From Chloroflexota bacterium (GTDB taxonomy: Bacteria > Chloroflexota > Dehalococcoidia > Lucifugimonadales > Lucifugimonadaceae): DNA of 32,000 nucleotides. Position numbers and translations under genes: made by a program. Position 1 is the stretch's first letter, and the number at the start of each line of letters is the position of its first letter. A model generated the notes under the pieces. That model made no database searches. It was not told the DNA's origin and saw nothing but the letters and a program-made list of their open reading frames with translations. The stretch spans positions 14,397-46,396 of the forward strand of contig JABMNO010000024.1 in assembly GCA_013204555.1 (NCBI GenBank). Direction: 5' to 3'. Positions 8,636-16,853 of this stretch are shown one piece after another.

Positions 8636-9574
8636 TCAACCGCCGATCTGTACTTCAAGACCGGCAGTTTTGCAGATGCCGGCCAGTACGTCCATGTATT
8701 CCTCCTCCTGGGTCGTCCGTCCACCAAGCGTATATGGGGTACCAATCCAATCGTATTTCGCCCCCGCTGCACTGTTGTACGGGAGTAACGCGATTCGCTT
8801 TACCCCACTGTCTGCGACCAGTCGCGAAGTACTGCGAATTTGATCAGCTGAGTCGTTTATGCCCGGAATGCAGGGCACGCGGACCTGGATATCGTGGCCT
8901 TCGGAAGCCAGCATTCGCAGGTTAGTGATAATCAATTCGTTTGGCACTCCCGCATATTTCATGTGGGCGGCAGAGTCCACCAGCTTCATGTCAAACAGAA
9001 GCAGATCGGCAACGCTAGCGAGCCGCTGCATCACTTCGGTGCGAGCGTAACCGGTGGTTTCCATCGCCGTGTGAATACCGCGCATCTGGCAGGCCAGCAG
9101 GAAATTGAAAGAAAAATCGGGCTGTCTGGCGGGTTCGCCACCGCTGAGAGTTACGCCTCCGCCGGAACTGATGAAAAACGGCGCATCCGCTTCTACCTGT
9201 TGCACCATCTCGCCCACAGATGTTGCGATACCGCCAATCCGGAGAGCTCCGGGATAACAGACCTCAACGCATTTGCCACAGACGGTGCATGCATCCCGAT
9301 CAAGTACGGCCACATGTCGTTCCCCGTTCATCCCCATAGACAGGGCATGCTCCGGGCACGTTTCGGGACAAAGACCGCATGCATCACATCGCTCGTCCTG
9401 GTACAGCAGTTCTGGATGGGCCCCACGGGACTCCGGGGAGTGGCACCAGACGCACGCAAGAGGGCAACCCTTCAGGAACACAGTCGTGCGAATACCGGGC
9501 CCATCATGCGACGCGAAACGGTCGACATCGAGGACAAGACCCTCAATACTCATATCCGGGCTTAGCCCCAACAT
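8636..9574 (-). CDS. Glycyl-radical enzyme activating protein (radical SAM)
   Basis: Contains FASHDGPGIRTTVFLKGCPLACVWCHSPES (CxxxCxxC radical-SAM cluster). Two ferredoxin-like motifs follow (CDACGLCPETCP, CTVCGKCVEVCY), then TLSGGEP, as in activases of PFL2-type GREs. Start is uncertain: ATG 9574 has AGGAAA 8 nt upstream; ATG 9553 and 9595 are alternatives. Confidence 0.9.
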   Translation of the reverse strand: MLGLSPDMSIEGLVLDVDRFASHDGPGIRTTVFLKGCPLACVWCHSPESRGAHPELLYQDERCDACGLCPETCPEHALSMGMNGERHVAVLDRDACTVCGKCVEVCYPGALRIGGIATSVGEMVQQVEADAPFFISSGGGVTLSGGEPARQPDFSFNFLLACQMRGIHTAMETTGYARTEVMQRLASVADLLLFDMKLVDSAAHMKYAGVPNELIITNLRMLASEGHDIQVRVPCIPGINDSADQIRSTSRLVADSGVKRIALLPYNSAAGAKYDWIGTPYTLGGRTTQEEEYMDVLAGICKTAGLEVQIGG

Positions 9575-9932
9575 TGCTGTATTTTCCTGTGACATCTGTC
9601 TCTGGCTCTGAGCGGATCGGGGTAATGGATCGCACTTATGACCGCAAGGGTATATCAGAGCGGAAGTCCCTGACGGATCACGAGCGGCCATCACTCCCAA
9701 CTCCGCGCCAGCCTGATCGTCGTCAGAATCGCGGGGATTTCATGTAAGCCCACACACAACGCCGCCCGAGGTCCGATTCCTATCGGGCCATCAGGTTTTC
9801 TGCCACACAGGAGTCGCAACGAGGTGTCTGTCCGACCACGATTGTGGACCGCAAAAGCACCGTGTGACGACGCCAAACATCGGCCACGTCGCGAGCATTA
9901 GCGTCTGCCCTGGATCAGAAATCGCGGGCGCC

Positions 9933-12900
9933 TTAGTTCCAATTTTGTGGCGACACAGCGCCAAAGTTAGACGCTGCGGCTGAAATGTCCAGGATGTCCA
10001 CGTTCCCACTACCGTTGAGATCAACAATGCGCCCTTGCGCGTCGAGTCGGTCCGTGAGACCGGTGACGCCAAACGACGCGGCGATTGCGCTGATGTCACG
10101 GATACTGACCACTCCATCGCTATCAACGAGGCCCGAACGCAACTCGAACGTGGACACCGTTGCGGTGGATTTCGCCACCGTAATTGAAGATGCTCGCACT
10201 CCTTGTACAAAACCAGGTGCCTGTACTGTCACCGAGTAAGCGCCGTCCGATAGTCCGGTGATCGCAAACGTCCCATCGGCATTTACCGCAACAGTGGTGC
10301 TCGTAGAGCCGTTATCGGCGGTCGCCGTCGGCCCTATTGACGTGATTGCCCCCTGATCCTTCACGCCCTGAAGCGAGATTTGTCCCGTGATGGTGGACGC
10401 GAGAATTCTGACGATGCTGCTGCGGTTGGCCGCCCCATCGTTGGCGAAGGCATGGACAGTAGATGACGCCCGAAGGTCCACGGTGAATGGGGCTGCGTAC
10501 GGGATGAAGCTGGCACCGTCCGTGGAGTAGTACAAACTCGCCACGCCTGACACGCTGTCAGTGGCTGCCAGAGTTACCTGAGTCAGTGCGCCCGTAGAAG
10601 TCGACGTCAGGGTAATCACCGGGCCTTCGGTGTCTGCCGCTGCCGCTCCAGTGAGGATCGCTGTTGGCGTGCTCGTGGCGTCGAATGAACCATTACCATC
10701 GCTATCGTAGGACAGATCCCTGGCCCCGGCGAGAGTGAATGAAAGTCGGGTGGCAGCGTTGTCAGGCAGGTTCACGTCCTGGTAGCGAATTGCCTCATCT
10801 GGCGTGCTACCGTCTCCAGTTAGAACCTCAATGAAGATTGGGCCAGTAGCGTTGAAGTCCAGATCGAATGTTTCGCTTGATTCCGCTGGCAGCAACACCA
10901 TGTATGCGTTGTCGCCAATAGCAAGAACGTCCACACCCGGGATTTTCTGGGCCAACACCTCGTTTGCCAGTGCAGTGGATCCGCCACTTCCAGAGAGAAC
11001 CGTAACGGTTGACGGTCCAATAATTTTTACGTAGCGATAGGCCGTTATATGCGAACTATCTATTGCAGGCTGTTGGGTTTCCGATAGCGCTGCTGCCGAA
11101 CTGCCAAATGGCTCAGTGCTGCCAAATCCGCTTCCTCCGGCCAAGAAATCAAGGAGTGCAGTGACCATCTCCGGGTTCCTCATCATGTGGTTATGGTCTA
11201 CAAGATCGTCGTTTGCATTGAAGAGCGGTCGCAATGTGGCGCCAGGAAAGTTGTAATCCGCGTTTCCTATCCTCTCAGCGCTAAGCCGGGGTACCGTTCC
11301 ATCGCCTATGGTAAATCCGGGATCAGCCACAAGCTGCTCACTACATGCGTAGTTGGAAATCAGGCACACCGTTTCCATTTTCATGGTGAAACCCTCAATG
11401 GTATTCGCCGCAGATTGCACTCCCAGTAGATGAAAAAACTCAATCCCTGAAGTGTCCGTCCGCCAGTCGTCCTGCTCTAGCGAGTGGAAGGTCTTTGCTG
11501 TTGTTCCAGGGAAGAATCCATTTCGGCCGTACCGAATGTCGGCAAGATCGTAGAGCTCCTGGCCGGAGAACGCATCGATTGTCACGCCGTTCCCGTCCAA
11601 ATCGACGCCGAACTCCTCGATTACCGGAGGGCCTCCAAGGTCGAAATAATCCTGGGACGGCAATAATTGATGCACAGCGTCAAACGACCCGAGAACGTCT
11701 TTCAGGACAGCCTTGACCGGCGGCACGTGCTTGATCTCCGGAACAAACTCCCCTGTCTCCAGTACGAAGGCTAACTTTGGAGCGCCGAGCCACGGCGCGG
11801 CAATTGATACCCAGCGGTCGATGTGATGGTCGGACATATGATCCAGGACATACCGTCGGCCAATGAGACCGCCCATGCTGTGGGTGACCAGATTGAAATC
11901 ACTATCAGGATAAATCTGCCGCATGCAGTCAACGTAGTCGTCCAACTTTGCGGCATTCACAGCATTATCCAGCCGCCAGTCGTACGGAAACAAGAACAGA
12001 TTTGGCTTCTTACCGTCGGCATCCTTCTGATCAACATCGCAACCAGATGAGGTCAGCCGGGAAGAGTCGAAGGTTGAGTAGTCTCCAACCGGCCCGGTAT
12101 TGAGGTCGTACTCTCGGAATCCTCTGGTTGCGAGACCTTCAAGGAATCCGCCGTAGACGTCGTCTTCATGCGATGTACCTTCCAATACCGCGCGCAGAAC
12201 GTCTGGAGCCACAATATCGTCGCCCTGACCGCCATCGAACAGGGTCATATCGTTAAGGTCAAACAGGAAGTTTGCCCCAGCTGGCATCCACAAAACATCA
12301 CTTCCGCCCAGGCCATTTCTGTCCATAAGCACACTCCCCGCAACACCAGGCACGAAGACCACCGGGAGCGGAGGTTCTGGCGGGACAACGGAGAACACCC
12401 AAGCGGCGCCCCATTCTGTTGGAGACTGGGTTAGGTCGATGCGACGGGTGGCGGTCACAACAGCGGTACTGCTGCTGATCGAAGCCGCCGATCCGAACCG
12501 GTCGCCCTCATTGCCGCCTGAAGGCGTGAGTCGCGCTTGGGGGCTCCATGAATCTCCGCTACGACCGAACACATATGCTGATCCCGTGCGAAGCGTACTG
12601 CCCACGTGGTCGGACTGAAAACCCACTACCGCCATGTCCCCGCTAACAGAAACAGAAGTGGCGAAGCCATCAAGCGCTTCGCCATCCGTGGCTGTCAAGT
12701 GAGCCTGCTGACTCCAGTCGGTACCGCTTCGGGCAAATACATAGGCCGATCCCTGGTTAACGTTGCTGCCTATATCGTCGCGAGGATCACCCACCACAAT
12801 CGTGTCTCCGTCCAAGGAGACAGAGTTGCCAAATTCGTCGAATTCTTCGCCATCCGCGGCTATCAAGTGAGCCTGCTGGCTCCAGACACCCTCACTACGC

Positions 12901-13646
12901 AGAAATACATAGGCTGATCCTTGGTAGGCGTTCGTCCCAACCGCGTCGTTTGGCACGCCGACGACTATCGTTTCACCGCTGATAGCGATGGCCGAGCCGA
13001 ATTCATCATTCGCTGCGCCATCCGAAGCCACGATCTTGGCCTGTTGGGTCCAGGAGGCCCCGTTCCCCGCGAAAACGTATACCGACCCCTGAGTGCTATT
13101 ACCACCCACAGTCGTCCACTTGGCGCCTACCGCGAGCGTATCCCCACTTATCGATACGCTCCCGCCGAAACCTGCGCCATCGGCGGCAATGAGTTTGGCC
13201 TGTTGGCTCCAGCTAGTCCCGCTGCGCACGAATACGTAGGCTGCCTCTTTGCCAGTAGCGCCCACCACAACCCTGTCTCCGCTTATGGAAACAGATCCAC
13301 CGAAATTGTCGTTCTCGCCATCATCAGCAGCGAGAACTGCCTGCTGGCTCCAGGTAGCCCCGCTGCGCACGAATACATGTACCAATCCTGTACGGATGCC
13401 ATCCACTTTCGTTGCGGGAGCGCCAACAACCAGGGTATCGCCATCAATCGCGGTTGCCGTTCCAAAACCACCTCCAAAAAGAGTGTCGTTCGGTACCGGA
13501 TCAAGTTTCACTAATTCAGTGAGATCGGGGATACTCGCCTGCACCCGAGGAGTTACGACCAGATGAGAAGCCCTCCCAACACCCCAGATAATGACTATCA
13601 GTAGCAACACGGTCAAAATTCTGGTGGAGGTGTTCCGGTGTGTCAT
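9933..13646 (-). CDS. Large secreted/anchored multidomain protein: 7x FG-GAP propeller + LCAT/PGAP1-like lipase + beta-sandwich modules + C-terminal dockerin-like repeat
   Basis: ATG 13646 gives MTHRNTSTRILTVLLLIVIIWGVG (signal/anchor); ATG 13766 is an alternative. Seven blades follow of the form FGxSVSISGDTxVVGA...GSAYVF.RSG..WSQQA.L.A.DG. The alpha/beta lipase region has VVFVPGVAGS, FPYDWRLD and the VTHSMGG nucleophile elbow. Next come SLYYSTDGASFIPYAAPFTV (chitobiase/Fn3-associated-type module) and DGTFAITGLSDGAYSVTVQAPGFV (CarboxypepD-reg-like). The C-terminus has a dockerin-like pair, DSDGVVSIRDISAIAASFG / DLNGSGNVDILDISAAASNFG. Confidence 0.85.
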   Translation of the reverse strand: MTHRNTSTRILTVLLLIVIIWGVGRASHLVVTPRVQASIPDLTELVKLDPVPNDTLFGGGFGTATAIDGDTLVVGAPATKVDGIRTGLVHVFVRSGATWSQQAVLAADDGENDNFGGSVSISGDRVVVGATGKEAAYVFVRSGTSWSQQAKLIAADGAGFGGSVSISGDTLAVGAKWTTVGGNSTQGSVYVFAGNGASWTQQAKIVASDGAANDEFGSAIAISGETIVVGVPNDAVGTNAYQGSAYVFLRSEGVWSQQAHLIAADGEEFDEFGNSVSLDGDTIVVGDPRDDIGSNVNQGSAYVFARSGTDWSQQAHLTATDGEALDGFATSVSVSGDMAVVGFQSDHVGSTLRTGSAYVFGRSGDSWSPQARLTPSGGNEGDRFGSAASISSSTAVVTATRRIDLTQSPTEWGAAWVFSVVPPEPPLPVVFVPGVAGSVLMDRNGLGGSDVLWMPAGANFLFDLNDMTLFDGGQGDDIVAPDVLRAVLEGTSHEDDVYGGFLEGLATRGFREYDLNTGPVGDYSTFDSSRLTSSGCDVDQKDADGKKPNLFLFPYDWRLDNAVNAAKLDDYVDCMRQIYPDSDFNLVTHSMGGLIGRRYVLDHMSDHHIDRWVSIAAPWLGAPKLAFVLETGEFVPEIKHVPPVKAVLKDVLGSFDAVHQLLPSQDYFDLGGPPVIEEFGVDLDGNGVTIDAFSGQELYDLADIRYGRNGFFPGTTAKTFHSLEQDDWRTDTSGIEFFHLLGVQSAANTIEGFTMKMETVCLISNYACSEQLVADPGFTIGDGTVPRLSAERIGNADYNFPGATLRPLFNANDDLVDHNHMMRNPEMVTALLDFLAGGSGFGSTEPFGSSAAALSETQQPAIDSSHITAYRYVKIIGPSTVTVLSGSGGSTALANEVLAQKIPGVDVLAIGDNAYMVLLPAESSETFDLDFNATGPIFIEVLTGDGSTPDEAIRYQDVNLPDNAATRLSFTLAGARDLSYDSDGNGSFDATSTPTAILTGAAAADTEGPVITLTSTSTGALTQVTLAATDSVSGVASLYYSTDGASFIPYAAPFTVDLRASSTVHAFANDGAANRSSIVRILASTITGQISLQGVKDQGAITSIGPTATADNGSTSTTVAVNADGTFAITGLSDGAYSVTVQAPGFVQGVRASSITVAKSTATVSTFELRSGLVDSDGVVSIRDISAIAASFGVTGLTDRLDAQGRIVDLNGSGNVDILDISAAASNFGAVSPQNWN
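12387..13466 (-). repeat. Seven tandem coding repeats (~135-168 bp each) encoding FG-GAP-like propeller blades
   Basis: The repeat units of 54/45/56/56/56/56/37 aa can be aligned by eye. They also generate the cluster of spurious plus-strand ORFs at 12606-13566. Confidence 0.8.
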
Positions 13647-14002
13647 GAATTCCGTATCCGTAATAAGTGACGAATTTGGCGGGGCGTCGATATTGGAGCA
13701 AGCCGTAGAGTTTGGTGGGTCCGGGAAGACACAGTCAACCAGAACATTTCCAGAGTTGACCAGCATCTCCGTAACTCAGAAAGCGGGCAGTATATACGCT
13801 CTGTCCTGATGTCCGATTCCGTTTGCTCCGTGAAGGTATCTGGGCCATCGGATCACGAGCGTCTAAGGGTTCGGCGGCGAAAGATGAGATTCTCACGTCG
13901 TTCGCTGAGCCTCACTCCTCAGAACGACGGAGGAGCGTGAGGATCTTTCCCCCAGCATCAGACGTCCGCACGATTTGCTAAAAAAGCAGCAGCGCGCGCC
14001 CG

Positions 14003-14686
14003 CTACCGCCCCGCTTCGACCTGTTCTTTCTGCCAACTGTAGTCAACATCCCCGGCGTAGAACTTGTCCGGGTTCTCGATGGCCCAGAGCTGCTTTCGCA
14101 TGTTCCAGTTCTGGGGATCCAGGACAATGCCATCTCTCCAGATCTGACTAGCTCCGTCTATGTCACCTGATCGGAAGAGGCTAAGACCGCGCTCGAAATG
14201 ATCCGACACGGGCGCATCAGCGGCCTTTGAACCGTCTGGCGATACGTTGCCACTTTCTGCGAACGCTGTGACCAGCTGAGCCATATCGTCCTTCTTGACG
14301 TTGAATCCACCGTAGTACTGGAACCTGAGAATGCCGTCCTCATCTATGAACACCCCGTTAGGTATGGCGTTGTAGCCGAACACCCGTGCGAGCGCATTCT
14401 CCTCATCCACGATGGTCGTGAACTCCGCCCCCGCGGCCTCGTGATACGGGCGAGCCTTGTCTGGACCCTGAAGGTCCACCGCAATTGAAAGCAACTCTGT
14501 GCCGTTGACCTTCAGGTCGGAGTACATCTGCTGCCACACGGGCAACTGTTCTCGGCACGCTCACCACGATGCCCAGAAAAACAGGATCAATCGACGCCCC
14601 CGATAGTCCGACAGGCTGACCTCATCACCATCCAGCGATGTCAGCGTGAAGTCTGGAACTACCTCACCGGCGTTGATATTTGGCAT
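14003..14686 (-). CDS. TlpA/ResA-like thiol-disulfide oxidoreductase with in-frame UGA at the catalytic position: candidate selenoprotein (alternative: nonsense-disrupted pseudogene)
   Basis: ATG 14686-14684 is preceded by GGAGG (14700-14696, 9-nt spacer). 41 sense codons follow: [41 protein letters not shown]. Then comes TGA (14563-14561), then [13 protein letters not shown]... in the same frame down to TAG 14005-14003. The TGA occupies the position of the first Cys of the FWASWCxxC redoxin motif. The C-terminal tail reads [18 protein letters not shown]. The ORF track shows only the 180-aa piece starting at an internal TTG. Confidence 0.6.
14528..14548 (-). promoter_or_regulatory. SECIS-like hairpin downstream of the in-frame UGA
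   Basis: mRNA sense is CAGUUGCC-CGUGU-GGCAGCAG: a 6-bp contiguous stem (one G.U pair) plus a closing C-G after an A.A mismatch, with a 5-nt apical loop containing GU. The stem begins 12 nt after the UGA and the loop about 20 nt after it. This is compatible with what I recall of bacterial SECIS geometry. Not validated by folding. Confidence 0.35.
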
Positions 14687-14711
14687 GCTATTAATCCTCC
14701 CCAAGGGGGTT

Positions 14712-15527
14712 CTACGTGCTCAGGAACTTGTTGATGATTGCCGCCACTTCGCCGGGCTTTTCCACGTGGACCATGTGCGCCGCGCCCGGAACGATCTGCG
14801 ACGACGCATTGCTGAGCGCAGCAGCGAAATACTCGGCGTATACAGGCGGACATATTCCGTCGCCTTCGCCCCAAATCAGTAGCGTTGGCTGGGTGACGCG
14901 ATGCAGGCGTTTCGAAAGACCCTTGTTTGGAATGGGCCACAGGTACTTGGCGGCCGTCGACATCGACTTCGCCCGCTCGACGTAGTAGTCGATTATCTCT
15001 TTGCCTTCGTCGGTCTCGGGATCAACTTCCGGCAATTTCGACTGAGGGGCGGTCGCTATTGCCAGCGCCGCTTCAGACTTCTGATCTGTGTACATCGCCT
15101 CCGCGAATTCGGCAGGCGGAACTGTGAAGAAGTCCAGCACGGGATTATCCTGATCCCACAGGCCAAGTGACCCAATCAACGCCACCTTTGAGAAGCGCTC
15201 CGGCTGAACTGCTGCAAGCTCTGCAGCCAGCATGCCGCCCAGCGAGTGGCCAACCACGGGCAGGTCTCGCAACTCCAACTCATCCAACAGATCAAGATAG
15301 AGGTAGATGAGGTCGTGAAAATCCGCTATCTGCTCGGAGCCGGTCGAACTACCGAACCCGGGAATCCACGGCGCGATGACTCTGTGACTGGTCGCAAGCT
15401 CCGCTATGAAATCGCCCTCTTGTTTGCCAGCGATTCCATGCAGATAAAGGAGCGGATCACCGGAGCCTGATTCCGCGACATCGATCTGAAACTGGCCGCC
15501 ATTCACATCCAAGATGCGACTGCTCAT
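14712..15527 (-). CDS. Alpha/beta-fold hydrolase
   Basis: Has HGIAG (oxyanion region), [15 protein letters not shown] (GxSxG nucleophile elbow), GEGDGICP (Asp) and [11 protein letters not shown] (His). Its start overlaps the upstream LLM stop (ATGA at 15524-15527), so the two are probably translationally coupled. Confidence 0.85.
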   Translation of the reverse strand: MSSRILDVNGGQFQIDVAESGSGDPLLYLHGIAGKQEGDFIAELATSHRVIAPWIPGFGSSTGSEQIADFHDLIYLYLDLLDELELRDLPVVGHSLGGMLAAELAAVQPERFSKVALIGSLGLWDQDNPVLDFFTVPPAEFAEAMYTDQKSEAALAIATAPQSKLPEVDPETDEGKEIIDYYVERAKSMSTAAKYLWPIPNKGLSKRLHRVTQPTLLIWGEGDGICPPVYAEYFAAALSNASSQIVPGAAHMVHVEKPGEVAAIINKFLST

Positions 15528-16753
15528 GATGCGACGCCTTCACCTGCACGAGTGACCGCTCCGGACGGCCACCACTTGTCTACGTACTCCGGCTTGTCAT
15601 CCCAGATGTGGCGCAGATTTGGCACTACTTCCGTCGCCGTCCGCCGGATGTTTTCCTTCGCCAGTTCGTGTGGCATTGAGCCAATCTGGTTGAGGAGCAT
15701 CAGGTGTCCAATGTGCAGGTCGCTTACGACCGACTTCAGCTGCTCCGTGACCTGTGAAGGCGTGCCGGCAACTACGTTGCCCTGCTCAATGAGGGTATCC
15801 CACGTCTGGTACTCAGCACCGGCTCGACCAAACGTCGAGGTCTGGGCCATCAGCCCTGCCTTAATGGTGTCGATTGTCCTGTAGCCCGGTGAGTCGGAGA
15901 AGCCGGGATACACGTGCAGCATCTTGTTGAAGAAGTACTCAATGTGCGGCCCGTAGGTCTCTTTGACTTCGGACTCGGAATCGCCGACGCAGACCAGTTG
16001 CAGGAACCCCGCCTGGTACGGATTATCGTTACCGGCCGCGTTCGCGACCTTCCAGAAGCCGTCCATGACTGTCTTACCGCGCTTGAAGCCGCTGTAAGAG
16101 AGGTATGCGTACATGAAATCTTTATCGATACAGTGTTGCCACGTCTCGATTGAGCCGGCGCCCGGCACCCAGACTGGCGGATGCGGATCCTGCATTGGAC
16201 GGGGCCAGATGTTCACGTAGCGAAGTTGTGTGTACTTCCCATCGAACGAGAACATTTCTTTTTCAGTCCACGCCCTGATAATGAGGTCTTCAGCCTCGGC
16301 GTACTTCTCGCGAATGGTCGATGGATTCGCTCCGTATGCGTAGGTAGTGTCCATGCTCGTGCCAACGGGAAACCCGGCCACCAGTCGCCCGCCGCTGATA
16401 CAGTCCAGCATCGCGAACTCCTCAGCCACCCGAATCGGCGGGTCGTAGAGCGCTATTGAGTTGCCCATCACGATGATGGCGACATCTTTGGTCTGTCGCG
16501 CCATCACAGATGCCATGAGGTTTGGCGATGGCATGATGCCGTAGGCGTTCTGGTGGTGCTCGTTGACGCAGATACCGTCATAGCCCATCTCAGCGCCGTA
16601 GACCAACTCATCCAGCGTCTCGTTGTAGTACTGGTTTGCCAATTTCGGGTCGAACAGATGGCTGGGCACATCGACCCAGACGCTCCTGTACTTCTCGCGA
16701 AAATCCTCAGGCAGCCCTCTATACGGGGCCAGATGGAACATCTCCAACTTCAT
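15524..16753 (-). CDS. LLM-class (luciferase-like) flavin-dependent oxidoreductase/monooxygenase
   Basis: AGGAG lies 8 nt upstream of ATG 16753. The MGYDGICVNEHHQNAYG string and overall TIM-barrel LLM pattern are present. 409 aa. Confidence 0.85.
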   Translation of the reverse strand: MKLEMFHLAPYRGLPEDFREKYRSVWVDVPSHLFDPKLANQYYNETLDELVYGAEMGYDGICVNEHHQNAYGIMPSPNLMASVMARQTKDVAIIVMGNSIALYDPPIRVAEEFAMLDCISGGRLVAGFPVGTSMDTTYAYGANPSTIREKYAEAEDLIIRAWTEKEMFSFDGKYTQLRYVNIWPRPMQDPHPPVWVPGAGSIETWQHCIDKDFMYAYLSYSGFKRGKTVMDGFWKVANAAGNDNPYQAGFLQLVCVGDSESEVKETYGPHIEYFFNKMLHVYPGFSDSPGYRTIDTIKAGLMAQTSTFGRAGAEYQTWDTLIEQGNVVAGTPSQVTEQLKSVVSDLHIGHLMLLNQIGSMPHELAKENIRRTATEVVPNLRHIWDDKPEYVDKWWPSGAVTRAGEGVAS

Positions 16754-16853
16754 GGCGTCTACTCCTGCGGCCGATCAGCATATTTCCGATTGCGAGCACG
16801 GTACACTCTGTGCGATTGCATGGAAAGTAAGGGACTGGAAATTGTGAAGGCGA

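Noticed and set aside
8636-9574. Radical-SAM gene as an anaerobic sulfatase-maturating enzyme (anSME) for the two Cys-type sulfatases
   Set aside because: The two extra clusters are ferredoxin-type CxxCxxCxxxC motifs placed directly after the CxxxCxxC site. The gene sits immediately upstream of a GRE. Both features are hallmarks of GRE activases rather than SPASM-domain anSMEs. A moonlighting role cannot be excluded from sequence alone.
13975-14002. Possible intrinsic terminator right after the redoxin stop (minus sense CGGGCGCGCGCUGCUGCUUUUUUAGCA)
   Set aside because: A U6 tract is present, but the preceding GC-rich segment does not form a convincing hairpin; only 3-4 bp pairings are possible. 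It was too weak to list as a feature.
14561-14563. Possibility that the in-frame TGA reflects a genome-wide reassignment (genetic code 4/25, TGA = Trp/Gly)
   Set aside because: Several well-supported genes in this window end at TGA at the expected C-terminus (545-547, 19029-19031, 30297-30299). The site also aligns with a catalytic Cys, not a Trp or Gly position.
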